Shown here piece by piece: positions 27,633 through 36,431 of a DNA stretch of 64,000 bases. The notes under the pieces were generated by a model that was given only the letters and a program-made list of their open reading frames with translations, had not been told where the DNA came from and searched no databases. The position numbers and the translations under genes were made by a program. The DNA comes from a virus. Lineage: Duplodnaviria; Heunggongvirae; Uroviricota; Caudoviricetes. Location of the stretch: the IMG/VR virus record IMGVR_UViG_3300044715_000866. One strand, given 5' to 3'. Each line of letters begins with the position of its first letter. The stretch's first letter is position 1.

Positions 27633-28132
27633 TGTTTATCTTACATTTCCTCCCTGATTCATATTTACTTTGGGCGGTTAACACAATCCTGCTATTAGGT
27701 GCTATTGGTACTATAGCAGGATTTTTTATTAAGTTTATTCCATTTTTAAATCATTACAAACTATTGTTAAATATACTGTCAACATTTTTACTAGTTGTAG
27801 GAGTTTACTTTAAAGGTGGTTATGGTGTTGAGATGGAGTGGCGTAACCGTGTAGCAGAACTTGAACAAAAAATAGCGATAGCAGAAGCCCAATCAAAAGA
27901 GGTTAATATCCAAATTGAAACTCGTGTGGTGGAAAAAGTAAAAGTTATTAAGGAAAAAGTATATGCAACCAAAAAAATTATTCAAGAACACAAAGAGATT
28001 ATTAACGCTGATTGTACTGTTCCTGATGTTGCAAGGGTGCTCTACAACAGTGCCGTTAACAATGAGCTTCCCGCAGGTACCTCCGTCCTTGATGGAGCCA
28101 GCACCAACGTTAAAGACATTATCTCAAACTAA
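27632..28132 (+). CDS. i-spanin-like (Rz-like) protein with N-terminal TM helices followed by a periplasmic coiled coil. It may be a holin-spanin hybrid.
   Basis: The TM segments are LLWAVNTILLLGAIGTIAGFFI and LLLNILSTFLLVVGVYF. They are followed by EMEWRNRVAELEQKIAIAEAQSKEVNIQIE. TAATG overlap with the endolysin. Confidence 0.55.
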   Translation: MFILHFLPDSYLLWAVNTILLLGAIGTIAGFFIKFIPFLNHYKLLLNILSTFLLVVGVYFKGGYGVEMEWRNRVAELEQKIAIAEAQSKEVNIQIETRVVEKVKVIKEKVYATKKIIQEHKEIINADCTVPDVARVLYNSAVNNELPAGTSVLDGASTNVKDIISN

Positions 28133-28262
28133 ACCAGAACTAAGTGATATATTAGAAAATGCTAGTGAGAATTACGGTTCTTACTATGAACTACGAGAAC
28201 GATATCTTGCATGGCAAGATTGGTACAAACAACAAACGAAAATATATGAGGACGTAAAATGA
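27963..28262 (+). CDS. o-spanin (Rz1-like outer-membrane lipoprotein), encoded in the +1 frame and overlapping the 3' end of the i-spanin gene.
   Basis: Signal peptide plus lipobox LMLQGCSTT, then a Pro-rich mature part (PLTMSFPQVPPSLMEPAPTL). Embedded/overlapped genetic architecture. Confidence 0.6.
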   Translation: MQPKKLFKNTKRLLTLIVLFLMLQGCSTTVPLTMSFPQVPPSLMEPAPTLKTLSQTKPELSDILENASENYGSYYELRERYLAWQDWYKQQTKIYEDVK

Positions 28263-28663
28263 AAAGAGTATTAGCAGTTATTTTACTTAGTATGCTATCT
28301 GGTTGCGCAGCAATGGATGCGTATTTTATGGCAAAATTTGATCAAAACGAATATCAATTAATCAATGACGTTCGGAGTCTTTCGCAAATAGGATCAGAGT
28401 TTTGTAGTAATCAACAACAAATGGTTCCTATTGTAGATCGTATATATTTAAAAAGTATTGAATTTAAAAACTATGCTGAATTTATACCAGAAAACAAAGT
28501 AACTATGAAACTATCAGAATCATTAATGGATTTAACAGAACCATTACATGTACGATATCATAAAACAGAAAAAATAAGTGAAGCATATTGTAAACAAAAA
28601 ATGGATATTTTAACAAAAGCGGCAACTACAATTGCCCAAACTATAGGGAGTAAACCACGATGA
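28259..28663 (+). CDS. Lipoprotein (134 aa).
   Basis: Lipobox MKRVLAVILLSMLSGCAAM. ATGA-coupled. Confidence 0.6.
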   Translation: MKRVLAVILLSMLSGCAAMDAYFMAKFDQNEYQLINDVRSLSQIGSEFCSNQQQMVPIVDRIYLKSIEFKNYAEFIPENKVTMKLSESLMDLTEPLHVRYHKTEKISEAYCKQKMDILTKAATTIAQTIGSKPR

Positions 28664-28929
28664 GTACACAAGATATTTTAAATAGTTTAAGCGGATACGA
28701 TACTGTTAAAAGTCACGCTCTTGCAGATGCAGCAGCAGAACTTAAAGGATTAACTGAAGACTTTCAAAACGGTGTAATTAGCGCGTCTGAATATGAAGAA
28801 CTATTACAAGATATTTCTACAACTGGAATTATCATCGAAGATGCGGCAGCACTTAACGCACAAACTGAATTAAACAAAATTATAAACACTGCAATCACAA
28901 TTGCATCAACCGCTGCAAAAGCAATTTAA
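28660..28929 (+). CDS. Hypothetical small acidic protein (89 aa).
   Basis: ATGA-coupled ORF. Confidence 0.5.
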   Translation: MSTQDILNSLSGYDTVKSHALADAAAELKGLTEDFQNGVISASEYEELLQDISTTGIIIEDAAALNAQTELNKIINTAITIASTAAKAI

Positions 28930-28944
28930 ATACAAGGAACGTAA

Positions 28945-29394
28945 ATGGAAGAAAACAAAGAGGATTTTATGACAAAATATTGGCGCCCAATGATGGCAAT
29001 GACATACATGGCAACATGTTTGTTTGACTTTATTGTAGGACCGATTCTATACAACGTATTACAATACTATAACCCCGGTCAAAACTTAGACATGTGGCAA
29101 CCATTAACATTACAAGGTGGTGGACTTTATCACATTGCAATGGGTGTTGTATTAGGTATTTCGGCACACGGTCGTACACAAGAAAAAATTAACACACCGT
29201 CTTTACCTGGAATGGGTAGTTTCATGCCAGCACCGCAAGAATCACCAGCTCCGACTCCAGTTTATGCACCTGCGCCTGCACCGGTATATGTACCGCCAGC
29301 ACCTGCGCCTGCACCGGTAGTTGAAGAAGCTCCTGCACCTGTTAGAAAAAGACCGATGGCAAAACCAATTCCAAAATCAGATGAACCAATTTAA
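28945..29394 (+). CDS. Membrane protein with two TM helices and a Pro/Ala-rich C-terminal tail, a holin candidate.
   Basis: RBS caaggaacg. TM helices are YMATCLFDFIVGPILYNVL and LYHIAMGVVLGISAH. The C-terminus is PAPTPVYAPAPAPVYVPPAPAPAPV. Confidence 0.5.
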   Translation: MEENKEDFMTKYWRPMMAMTYMATCLFDFIVGPILYNVLQYYNPGQNLDMWQPLTLQGGGLYHIAMGVVLGISAHGRTQEKINTPSLPGMGSFMPAPQESPAPTPVYAPAPAPVYVPPAPAPAPVVEEAPAPVRKRPMAKPIPKSDEPI

Positions 29395-29403
29395 GGAAAC
29401 ATT

Positions 29404-29640
29404 ATGAAAAAACTATTATCATTAATTATAATTGGCATGTTGGCAGCTTCACCAGTTGCATATGCTAACCATGAAGAAGGGCATGTTGGCCCAACTACTA
29501 AAGAAGTTTGCAAAACTGTAAAAGGTAAGAAACAATGCAAAACTATCAAAGTTCATAAGAAATTTGAAGGTAAAAAAGTTCCACCTAAAAAGGCAGTTGT
29601 AAAACCAGCTCCAAAAAAAGTAGTTAAAAAACGTAAGTAA
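29404..29640 (+). CDS. Small secreted lysine-rich protein (78 aa) with an N-terminal signal peptide.
   Basis: MKKLLSLIIIGMLAASPVAYA signal with an AxA cleavage site. The mature part is about 30 % Lys. Confidence 0.5.
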   Translation: MKKLLSLIIIGMLAASPVAYANHEEGHVGPTTKEVCKTVKGKKQCKTIKVHKKFEGKKVPPKKAVVKPAPKKVVKKRK

Positions 29641-29648
29641 TCAAAATA

Positions 29649-29677
29649 TTGACAGGTCAGGCATTGTATAGTATAAT
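29649..29677 (+). promoter_or_regulatory. Consensus sigma70-type promoter (TTGACA-N17-TATAAT) upstream of the dnaJ-like gene.
   Basis: The sequence is ttgaca ggtcaggcattgtatag tataat. Confidence 0.65.
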
Positions 29678-29714
29678 TACTATACAAACTGACCTTTTTT
29701 ATGAGAAATTAACC

Positions 29715-30539
29715 ATGACAGACTTTTATTCAAAATTAGGTGTGTCCCAAGACGCATCACAAGACGATATTAAAAAAGCATATCGTTCATTAGCAAACCG
29801 CCATCATCCCGATAAAGGAGGTGACCAAGCTGCATTTAAAGATATTTCTGTAGCATACGATACTCTAAGTGATCCGCAAAAACGTGCAGAGTATGATAAT
29901 CAACAACACGGACATCAGTTTGGGGGTGGACAACATTTCCATTTTGATATGAATGACATATTTGGACAACACGCACATTTTACTAATATGTTTGGAAATG
30001 GATTTAGACAACAACAACGCAACAAAGATTTAAACTTACAAGTACAAGTAACCCTTGTTGAATCTTTTAAAGGTAAACAAGTAGATGCATCATTTACATT
30101 GCCTAGTGGAAAACCGCAAACTGTTTCTATTAATGTACCAGCTGGCATTGATCACGGTGACACTATACGATACCAAGGATTAGGTGACGATTCTATTCCA
30201 AATATTGCTCGTGGAAATCTTAATGTAACAATTCACGTTATTCCGGATTATATATTTAGACGTGAAGGAAATGACGTGTTTGCTACATTAGAAATTAATC
30301 CAATTGAGGCAATGCTTGGCTGTATTAAATCGGTTAAAACTATTACTGGTGAAATAAAAAATGTAAGTATTAGAGCCGGAGTTGAAACTGGCACACACTA
30401 TGCTTCTGGACCGGGATTTACTAATTTACATAGTAAACAAACTGGACAATTTATTTCAGTTATTAAAATTAAAGTTCCTACAATTACTGATCCTGCACTA
30501 ATTGCACAATTACAAGCAATAAACAGTCAATTAAATTGA
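29715..30539 (+). CDS. DnaJ-family co-chaperone with a J-domain and a DnaJ C-terminal substrate-binding domain, but no zinc-finger region.
   Basis: DFYSKLGVSQDASQDDIKKAYRSLANRHHPDKGGD contains the HPD motif. The C-terminal domain is VQVTLVESFKGKQVDASF...VPAGIDHGDTIRYQGLGD. The start is moved to the ATG at 29715; the track's 29649 start is a TTG lying inside the promoter -35 box. Confidence 0.8.
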   Translation: MTDFYSKLGVSQDASQDDIKKAYRSLANRHHPDKGGDQAAFKDISVAYDTLSDPQKRAEYDNQQHGHQFGGGQHFHFDMNDIFGQHAHFTNMFGNGFRQQQRNKDLNLQVQVTLVESFKGKQVDASFTLPSGKPQTVSINVPAGIDHGDTIRYQGLGDDSIPNIARGNLNVTIHVIPDYIFRREGNDVFATLEINPIEAMLGCIKSVKTITGEIKNVSIRAGVETGTHYASGPGFTNLHSKQTGQFISVIKIKVPTITDPALIAQLQAINSQLN

Positions 30540-30563
30540 CTTTTATGTAAAATAGTGTATAAT
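30536..30563 (+). promoter_or_regulatory. Sigma70-type promoter (TTGACT-N16-TATAAT) upstream of the clpA-like gene.
   Basis: The sequence is ttgact tttatgtaaaatagtg tataat. Confidence 0.6.
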
Positions 30564-30595
30564 ATAACTTTACTTAACAACTACAAGGAACTACT

Positions 30596-32896
30596 ATGGT
30601 CGAACCAAGCGAAAAACTACAAGCAATTTTTGACAAAGCTATTGCCGCAGCAAAAAACATGCATCATGAGTATGTAACACTTGAGCACGTATTGTTTTCA
30701 ATGCTCATGGAAGATGAAGGATTTACAAGTTCTTTACAGCATTTTGGTGCCGACACTACATTTTTAAAGAATACTGTACTAGATCATTTACAAACAAAAT
30801 GTCAAGAAATTACTACAGTTGACGTAGTAGTTAAACCTAAAAAAACTCAAGCTGTAGAACGCTCTTTAAATAGAGCGTTTACACAAGTGTTGTTTAACGG
30901 TGGCAATCGTATCGAACCAGCTGATTTTTTCTTAGCAATGCTAGGCGAGAAACGGTCATGGGCGTTTTATTATGTTGCACAGGTAAACATCACTAAAGAA
31001 AAGTATGCCGAGTATATACAAAATGTTACATCTGACGATGATGATGCAACAACAAGTTCAGTTAAACCTGGCTCACAAACACACAAAGCATTACAGGCGT
31101 ACACTACTAATTTAAACGAAGAAGTTAAAAATAACAAGATTGACCCAGTTATTGGTCGTGTAGACGAATTAGAACATATTGCGCTTGCGTTAGGACGTCG
31201 TAGTAAAAACAACGTTATTATGGTAGGTGATCCGGGTGTAGGTAAAACTGCAATTGCCGAAGGTCTTGCATATAACATTGTTAACGGTTCGGTTCCTGAA
31301 TTTTTAATAGATTACACTGTTTACAATTTAGATATTGCTGCTATGTTGGCAGGTTCTAAATACAGAGGCGACTTTGAAGAACGATTTAAACAAGTAATTA
31401 AGTCGTTACAGAAACTTGGTAAATGTGTACTATTCATTGACGAGGCCCATATGATTAGTGGTGCAGGTGCATCTGGTAATTCTTCTAATGATTTAGCTAA
31501 TATGATGAAGCCTGCACTTAGTAAAGGTAACATTAAAGTTATTGCAAGTACTACATGGGACGAATACCGTAAACACTTTGAAAAAGATCGTGCGTTAATG
31601 CGTAGATTCCAACGTATTACAGTTGACGAACCTACACAAGAAATGACTTTACAAATTCTTAAAGGTATTAAGAAGTACTACGAAGGTCATCACAAACTTA
31701 AAATTAAGGACGAAGCATTACAAGCGTCAATTAAATTATCTGTAAAATATCAAGCAGATAAAAAATTACCCGATAAAGCTATTGACTTAATTGATTGTGC
31801 TTGCTCACGGTTTAACTTAAAACTTGCAGATCAACGTGTAGTTACAGAAGCTGATATTCAGTTTGAATTAGCTAAAATGGTTAACATGCCAGTTGAACAG
31901 ATCATGCAAACTGAAACTAGTTCGCTAATTACATTGCAAGAAAAACTTGAAGCTGAAGTATTTGGTCAAGATACTGCATTAACTGAAATTGTTGACAAAA
32001 TTATGGTTGCACAAGCAGGATTAAAACCAGAAAACAAACCAATTGGTAGCTTTGTGTTTATGGGACCAACAGGGTGTGGTAAAACTGAAACAGCTAAAGC
32101 ACTTGCTAAACATTTAAATACTAAATTGTTACGTTTTGATATGTCAGAATATCAAGAGAAACACAGTATTAGCAAACTAATTGGCAGTCCTCCAGGTTAT
32201 GTAGGTTTTGAAGACAATGCAGGTTTGTTGATTACACAAATTCAAGAAAATCCAAATGCGGTATTGTTATTTGATGAGATTGAAAAATCACATCCTGATG
32301 TATCTACAGTGTTGTTACAAATGATGGACAACGGCTTTATTACAGGCTCAAATGGTAAACAAGCTGATTGCCGCCATATTGTATTAATTCTAACTACTAA
32401 TGCCGGTGCGCAATCTGCAGAAAAAAATCAAATTGGGTTTGGCTCTCAAGAAAAAGACTATTCAGATACTGATCTTAAGAAGTTTTTATCGCCTGAGTTC
32501 CGCAACAGACTAGATGGTGTTATTACGTTTAATAAGTTAGGAAAAGACACTATGGTTAAAGTTGTAAACAAGTTTATTGACGAAGTGCGTGAACAAGTTA
32601 AAGAAAAAGGCATTAAGATCAAAATTGATAAAGCTGCAACTAATTGGTTGTTAGACAACGGATTTGATGCTAAAATGGGTGCTAGACCATTACATCGCAT
32701 TATTGATAAAGAGATCAAACGTGATCTTGCTAAAATGATGTTGTTTGGTGATCTTAAATTAGGAGGATGGTTAACAGTAACAGTTGCAGATGATAAAATT
32801 GTACTTGTTTCTAAACCTAAAGCACTTAAAGTACCGTTACTTACTACAAAAGAAGTGTTAACATCAGACAACTTGTTTATTGAAGATGCTGATTAA
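30596..32896 (+). CDS. ClpA-like double-AAA+ chaperone/unfoldase (766 aa).
   Basis: Clp_N-like N-terminus. D1 Walker A GDPGVGKTA and D1 Walker B VLFIDEAH. D2 Walker A GPTGCGKTE, D2 Walker B LLFDEIEKSHPD and the sensor GARPLHR. There is no long M-domain, so it is ClpA-type rather than ClpB-type. Confidence 0.9.
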   Translation: MVEPSEKLQAIFDKAIAAAKNMHHEYVTLEHVLFSMLMEDEGFTSSLQHFGADTTFLKNTVLDHLQTKCQEITTVDVVVKPKKTQAVERSLNRAFTQVLFNGGNRIEPADFFLAMLGEKRSWAFYYVAQVNITKEKYAEYIQNVTSDDDDATTSSVKPGSQTHKALQAYTTNLNEEVKNNKIDPVIGRVDELEHIALALGRRSKNNVIMVGDPGVGKTAIAEGLAYNIVNGSVPEFLIDYTVYNLDIAAMLAGSKYRGDFEERFKQVIKSLQKLGKCVLFIDEAHMISGAGASGNSSNDLANMMKPALSKGNIKVIASTTWDEYRKHFEKDRALMRRFQRITVDEPTQEMTLQILKGIKKYYEGHHKLKIKDEALQASIKLSVKYQADKKLPDKAIDLIDCACSRFNLKLADQRVVTEADIQFELAKMVNMPVEQIMQTETSSLITLQEKLEAEVFGQDTALTEIVDKIMVAQAGLKPENKPIGSFVFMGPTGCGKTETAKALAKHLNTKLLRFDMSEYQEKHSISKLIGSPPGYVGFEDNAGLLITQIQENPNAVLLFDEIEKSHPDVSTVLLQMMDNGFITGSNGKQADCRHIVLILTTNAGAQSAEKNQIGFGSQEKDYSDTDLKKFLSPEFRNRLDGVITFNKLGKDTMVKVVNKFIDEVREQVKEKGIKIKIDKAATNWLLDNGFDAKMGARPLHRIIDKEIKRDLAKMMLFGDLKLGGWLTVTVADDKIVLVSKPKALKVPLLTTKEVLTSDNLFIEDAD

Positions 32897-33491
32897 GACT
32901 ACTAAAAAGTTATATAAAGGCAAATACCAGTACAATATTGTGCTGGTATGCGCATTTTCTGTTGTGTTTAGAGGAAATGATCTTAATGTTACTGCTCGTA
33001 AAATTGACAATGAAGAAAAATTAGTAGACACAAAATGGGCGTGGAAAAATCCATTAGAGTTTGCGTATGCTAAAGAACTTTACAATATGCTAATTACCAT
33101 GGACGATTTTTCCATTAGAGTTGAATCTCCAACTATTACATGTTATACTAACAACTACAGTGATATTATTGCATTAAGAGAAATAGACATTTCAAAAGTT
33201 CGTAGAATTAGTGTTCCAATGGTTACATTAACTGAAGACTCTGTATACATGCCAGAGATAGATTACGAGTTTCGTGTTACTATCGGAGGCACTAAACACC
33301 AATATTTAGATTTTTTAGAATGGGCAGATGCTATTGACAAATTACGAATTACTAATAGCTGTAGAGAAATGTTATCACAACGCAGTAGTTATGGCGGGGG
33401 TCACTTTTATGTAAATGGTGAAAACATGTTATTAATGTGTAGGATGCAATTAGCTGGTATAAATCTTACAGTCCACCGTATAGTACATTAA
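32886..33491 (+). CDS. Hypothetical protein (about 201 aa).
   Basis: ORF overlapping the clpA-like 3' end. First ATG at 32886; the track start at 32880 is a TTG. Confidence 0.5.
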   Translation: MLIKTTKKLYKGKYQYNIVLVCAFSVVFRGNDLNVTARKIDNEEKLVDTKWAWKNPLEFAYAKELYNMLITMDDFSIRVESPTITCYTNNYSDIIALREIDISKVRRISVPMVTLTEDSVYMPEIDYEFRVTIGGTKHQYLDFLEWADAIDKLRITNSCREMLSQRSSYGGGHFYVNGENMLLMCRMQLAGINLTVHRIVH

Positions 33492-33492
33492 G

Positions 33493-33500
33493 TATAAATA
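33493..33500 (+). promoter_or_regulatory. T4-type late-promoter box TATAAATA.
   Basis: An exact TATAAATA lies 24 nt upstream of the ATG at 33524. Confidence 0.4.
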
Positions 33501-33523
33501 TATTAATAACACGGAATTTAACT

Positions 33524-33898
33524 ATGCGTATCACAGATTTATTAGAAAATGCTCACTTTAAAAGTGAAGAATTTGTTAAACAAACTGACGACGGTAACGA
33601 GATTGATTTTGATCTAACCGAGGATTTAGTTTTCTTTTTAAACAACAATGACGATGCATATCGCCGTCACCTGTTGCCCGCAGTACATAAGTTTATTGAT
33701 ACACAAAAAGCAGGCAATGAACCCAAATATACTATTTTTAAAACTGCAGTTGCAGATGGTTATAAACAATACACTCAGCAATATCCAATGCGTGAATTGC
33801 CGGATGAAATAGATAAGAAAACTTGGAAAACAACTTGTAAAAATTTGTTTGATCAAATTTCTAAAGATATGGAAGACGGTCATTACGATCACACTTAA
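33524..33898 (+). CDS. Hypothetical acidic protein (124 aa).
   Basis: ORF preceded by a TATAAATA box at 33493-33500. Confidence 0.55.
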   Translation: MRITDLLENAHFKSEEFVKQTDDGNEIDFDLTEDLVFFLNNNDDAYRRHLLPAVHKFIDTQKAGNEPKYTIFKTAVADGYKQYTQQYPMRELPDEIDKKTWKTTCKNLFDQISKDMEDGHYDHT

Positions 33899-33922
33899 CA
33901 TTTTTATTATATAGGTAACAAT

Positions 33923-35623
33923 ATGGCAGGAATAGCACACCCTGAAGATCTTATCATTACTGAAGGATCTAACGGTGCCCTTCAAGCAGTTAATGAATTA
34001 ACTAATCTTTCAACATTAACTATTAAATGGGACGGCTTTCCTGCAATAGTTTTTGGTCGAGATAAAAATGGAACATTAGTGCTTGTTGATAAGCACATGT
34101 TTAAACAAGTTGCTAACGGCAATCTTGAATTTACTTCAATTAGAGAATACGATTTAACCCGTAATATAAATCGTAACGACTTATGGGATAAAGAAGACAT
34201 TCTCCGTCCTGCATTAGACAAAATAATTCCAAATATAACTGACACTTACTACATGGGCGATTTGCTATGGGTTAATACCCCTGTTAGTGTTGGAGATTCA
34301 TATGTTTTTAAACCAAATACTGTCAAATATCATGTTGATCACAATAGTGAGTTAGGTAAATCAATTGCTAATAGTGTTGGGGGTATTGCAGTACATACGT
34401 TTATTCCAGGGTTAACTGCAGAAGACGAACCAATTAATGGTTTTGATGTGTTTGCAGAGTGTAAAGACATTACGTTTATTGCAACTGAGATGAAACAGCC
34501 AAATATTGTTATAAACACTGCATTATTAAACGCTGTACAAACTACAATTGCTACATATTCCAGCGATGTAGACGCTGTTATTGCTAAATTAACTGAGTTA
34601 AAATGTAAAAGTGTAATTACTGCAATGGGACCGTTTATTACTAGTATGATTAACAGTGAAGATCTATCTACTAACATTGTTCCAAGATTTATTGATTTTT
34701 TTACGCTAAGACTTACAAAACCTGCTCACGCTAAACTGTTTTTACCAAATGGAAAACTACGTAACGACATTTACACTGGTATTAATGGTTTATGGAGTAT
34801 ATGGAGTGCAATTTCTAATCTCAAATTAGACATTAAACGTCAAATTGATGAACAACAACTGCACAGTGCAGTGCAACCTGTAATAAATAGTATTATAAGT
34901 CACGAAGGCTATGTATGCGGCAGCGGTATTAACAAAATAAAAATTATAAATCGGTTAGAATTTAGCCGTGCTAACTTTTCCAAATACAATGTAACTGCAG
35001 AGGAAATTGCCGCAAAAAGTAACATGCCAATGGCAACTTTTTGTTTTGGTAGAATGAATCCTCCAACAGTTGGACATAAAAGAGTTATACAACAAACAGT
35101 AGCACTTGGAAAAGAACATGCATATATTTTTGCAAGTAATAAACATGATCCTAAAAGTGACCCATTAGAGTACGACGTTAAAACTGAATTTATTAAAAAA
35201 ATTCATCCTGATTATTCTAACTTTATGGTAACCGAATATGTTAGAGATCCATGGCAAGCTGCATGTTGGTTATATGATAGAGGTTATAGACACATGACAT
35301 TTGTTGCAGGCAGTGATAGACTAGGTAATAGTACTAGAAGTTTAGAAACTGCACTTAACAATTGGAATAGTGGTCCATCTCGCACTTCTGATTATGCTCG
35401 CGGACCAAATGGTAGAGAACATGTAGTATTAAAATTTGTTAGTAGTGGAGATCGCACAGATGAAACTAATAACGCTAGCAGTACATTAGCACGTGAATAC
35501 GCTAAAATAGGTGACAAGATTAATTTCCAACTAATAACTGGTGTAAGTGAAGATATTACAGTATGTGGTAAAACCTTATATGAAGCTACTAGGGAGGGAA
35601 TGAATGTACAACGGAATGAATAA
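33923..35623 (+). CDS. Rnl1-type RNA ligase (nucleotidyltransferase motifs I, IV, V) fused to a C-terminal HIGH-motif (cytidylyltransferase-like, NMNAT-like) nucleotidyltransferase domain.
   Basis: Motif I is LTIKWDGFPAIV (KxDG). EGYVCGSGINKIKII aligns with T4 Rnl1 EGYVAVMKDGSHFKIKS (motifs IV and V). The C-terminal ~200 aa contain FCFGRMNPPTVGHKRV, the HxGH box of the alpha/beta phosphodiesterase-fold nucleotidyltransferases, and later a YRHMTFVAGSDR block. Confidence 0.75.
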   Translation: MAGIAHPEDLIITEGSNGALQAVNELTNLSTLTIKWDGFPAIVFGRDKNGTLVLVDKHMFKQVANGNLEFTSIREYDLTRNINRNDLWDKEDILRPALDKIIPNITDTYYMGDLLWVNTPVSVGDSYVFKPNTVKYHVDHNSELGKSIANSVGGIAVHTFIPGLTAEDEPINGFDVFAECKDITFIATEMKQPNIVINTALLNAVQTTIATYSSDVDAVIAKLTELKCKSVITAMGPFITSMINSEDLSTNIVPRFIDFFTLRLTKPAHAKLFLPNGKLRNDIYTGINGLWSIWSAISNLKLDIKRQIDEQQLHSAVQPVINSIISHEGYVCGSGINKIKIINRLEFSRANFSKYNVTAEEIAAKSNMPMATFCFGRMNPPTVGHKRVIQQTVALGKEHAYIFASNKHDPKSDPLEYDVKTEFIKKIHPDYSNFMVTEYVRDPWQAACWLYDRGYRHMTFVAGSDRLGNSTRSLETALNNWNSGPSRTSDYARGPNGREHVVLKFVSSGDRTDETNNASSTLAREYAKIGDKINFQLITGVSEDITVCGKTLYEATREGMNVQRNE

Positions 35624-36027
35624 TGAAACGATATACAAATGAAGATATACGGGAATTTGAGATTGCCGTAAATGAGATGCAGCATAGCCTAATCCGTGAA
35701 GGTAAACTTCGTCAAGGTGTCCGAGATGCAGTTCCCGGATTAAATGCATGGCCTGCATTAAACAATAATAACAATCCATACAACGCTTATAGATTTGGCA
35801 TTGCAATGGCAGGTGCCCCTGATTTTAAAACTGATAAAAAAGGGCCAAACGGTGGGGACTTTATGACAATGTCATACACTAGTGGCGACGACGAAATATT
35901 AAACTCTGCTGCAAAACAAATGGGTGTAAAAAGTTCATCAATTGCAGCAAAAAAATCTAAAGAAACTGATGATGTTCATAAAGTTAGTCCAGTTGCTAAT
36001 AAAAAACGTAACAGGTACGGTATATGA
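35623..36027 (+). CDS. Hypothetical 134-aa protein, paralogue A of a tandem pair.
   Basis: Shares YxxYRFG(I/V)xMAG(A/S)PD and the C-terminal SSPVAxxKRN(R/K)YG(I/V) with the next gene. TAATG overlap. Confidence 0.6.
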   Translation: MKRYTNEDIREFEIAVNEMQHSLIREGKLRQGVRDAVPGLNAWPALNNNNNPYNAYRFGIAMAGAPDFKTDKKGPNGGDFMTMSYTSGDDEILNSAAKQMGVKSSSIAAKKSKETDDVHKVSPVANKKRNRYGI

Positions 36028-36428
36028 AAATTTTAGAAATCATTACCGAATCAGAAGCTGGTAATACTGATGCTACACAAAACGCCAGCAACACTAAAAA
36101 GTCCGGAAAAATGCATGACAATTTTAAGTCTTCAATAAAAGGAATGCATACATATCCTGGCAATCATACGTATTACGATATGTATAGATTTGGTGTTGAT
36201 ATGGCAGGTAGCCCAGATGATCATAACGAGTACGACCCGTCAAGTCCAGTTGCAAACCAGTTAGTAACACTGTCATATTCTGATGCTGATCAAAAAATTA
36301 TTGATAAAAGTAAAAAGAAAATGGGGTTTAACAGTAAACAGTTAACTTCGGATAATAGTACAGAACCATCTGAAACACATACCTCAAGTCCTGTAGCTAA
36401 AATAAAAAGAAATAAATATGGGGTGTAA
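36024..36428 (+). CDS. Hypothetical 134-aa protein, paralogue B of a tandem pair.
   Basis: Same length and conserved blocks as 35623-36027. ATGA overlap. Confidence 0.6.
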   Translation: MKILEIITESEAGNTDATQNASNTKKSGKMHDNFKSSIKGMHTYPGNHTYYDMYRFGVDMAGSPDDHNEYDPSSPVANQLVTLSYSDADQKIIDKSKKKMGFNSKQLTSDNSTEPSETHTSSPVAKIKRNKYGV

Positions 36429-36431
36429 ATT

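Noticed and set aside
29654-29700. Inverted repeat aggtcag...ctgacct followed by tttttt as a terminator for the secreted-peptide gene.
   Set aside because: The arms are separated by a 28-nt loop that contains the promoter -10. A stable terminator hairpin is unlikely, and the T-run is better explained as promoter-proximal AT-rich sequence. I kept only the promoter call.
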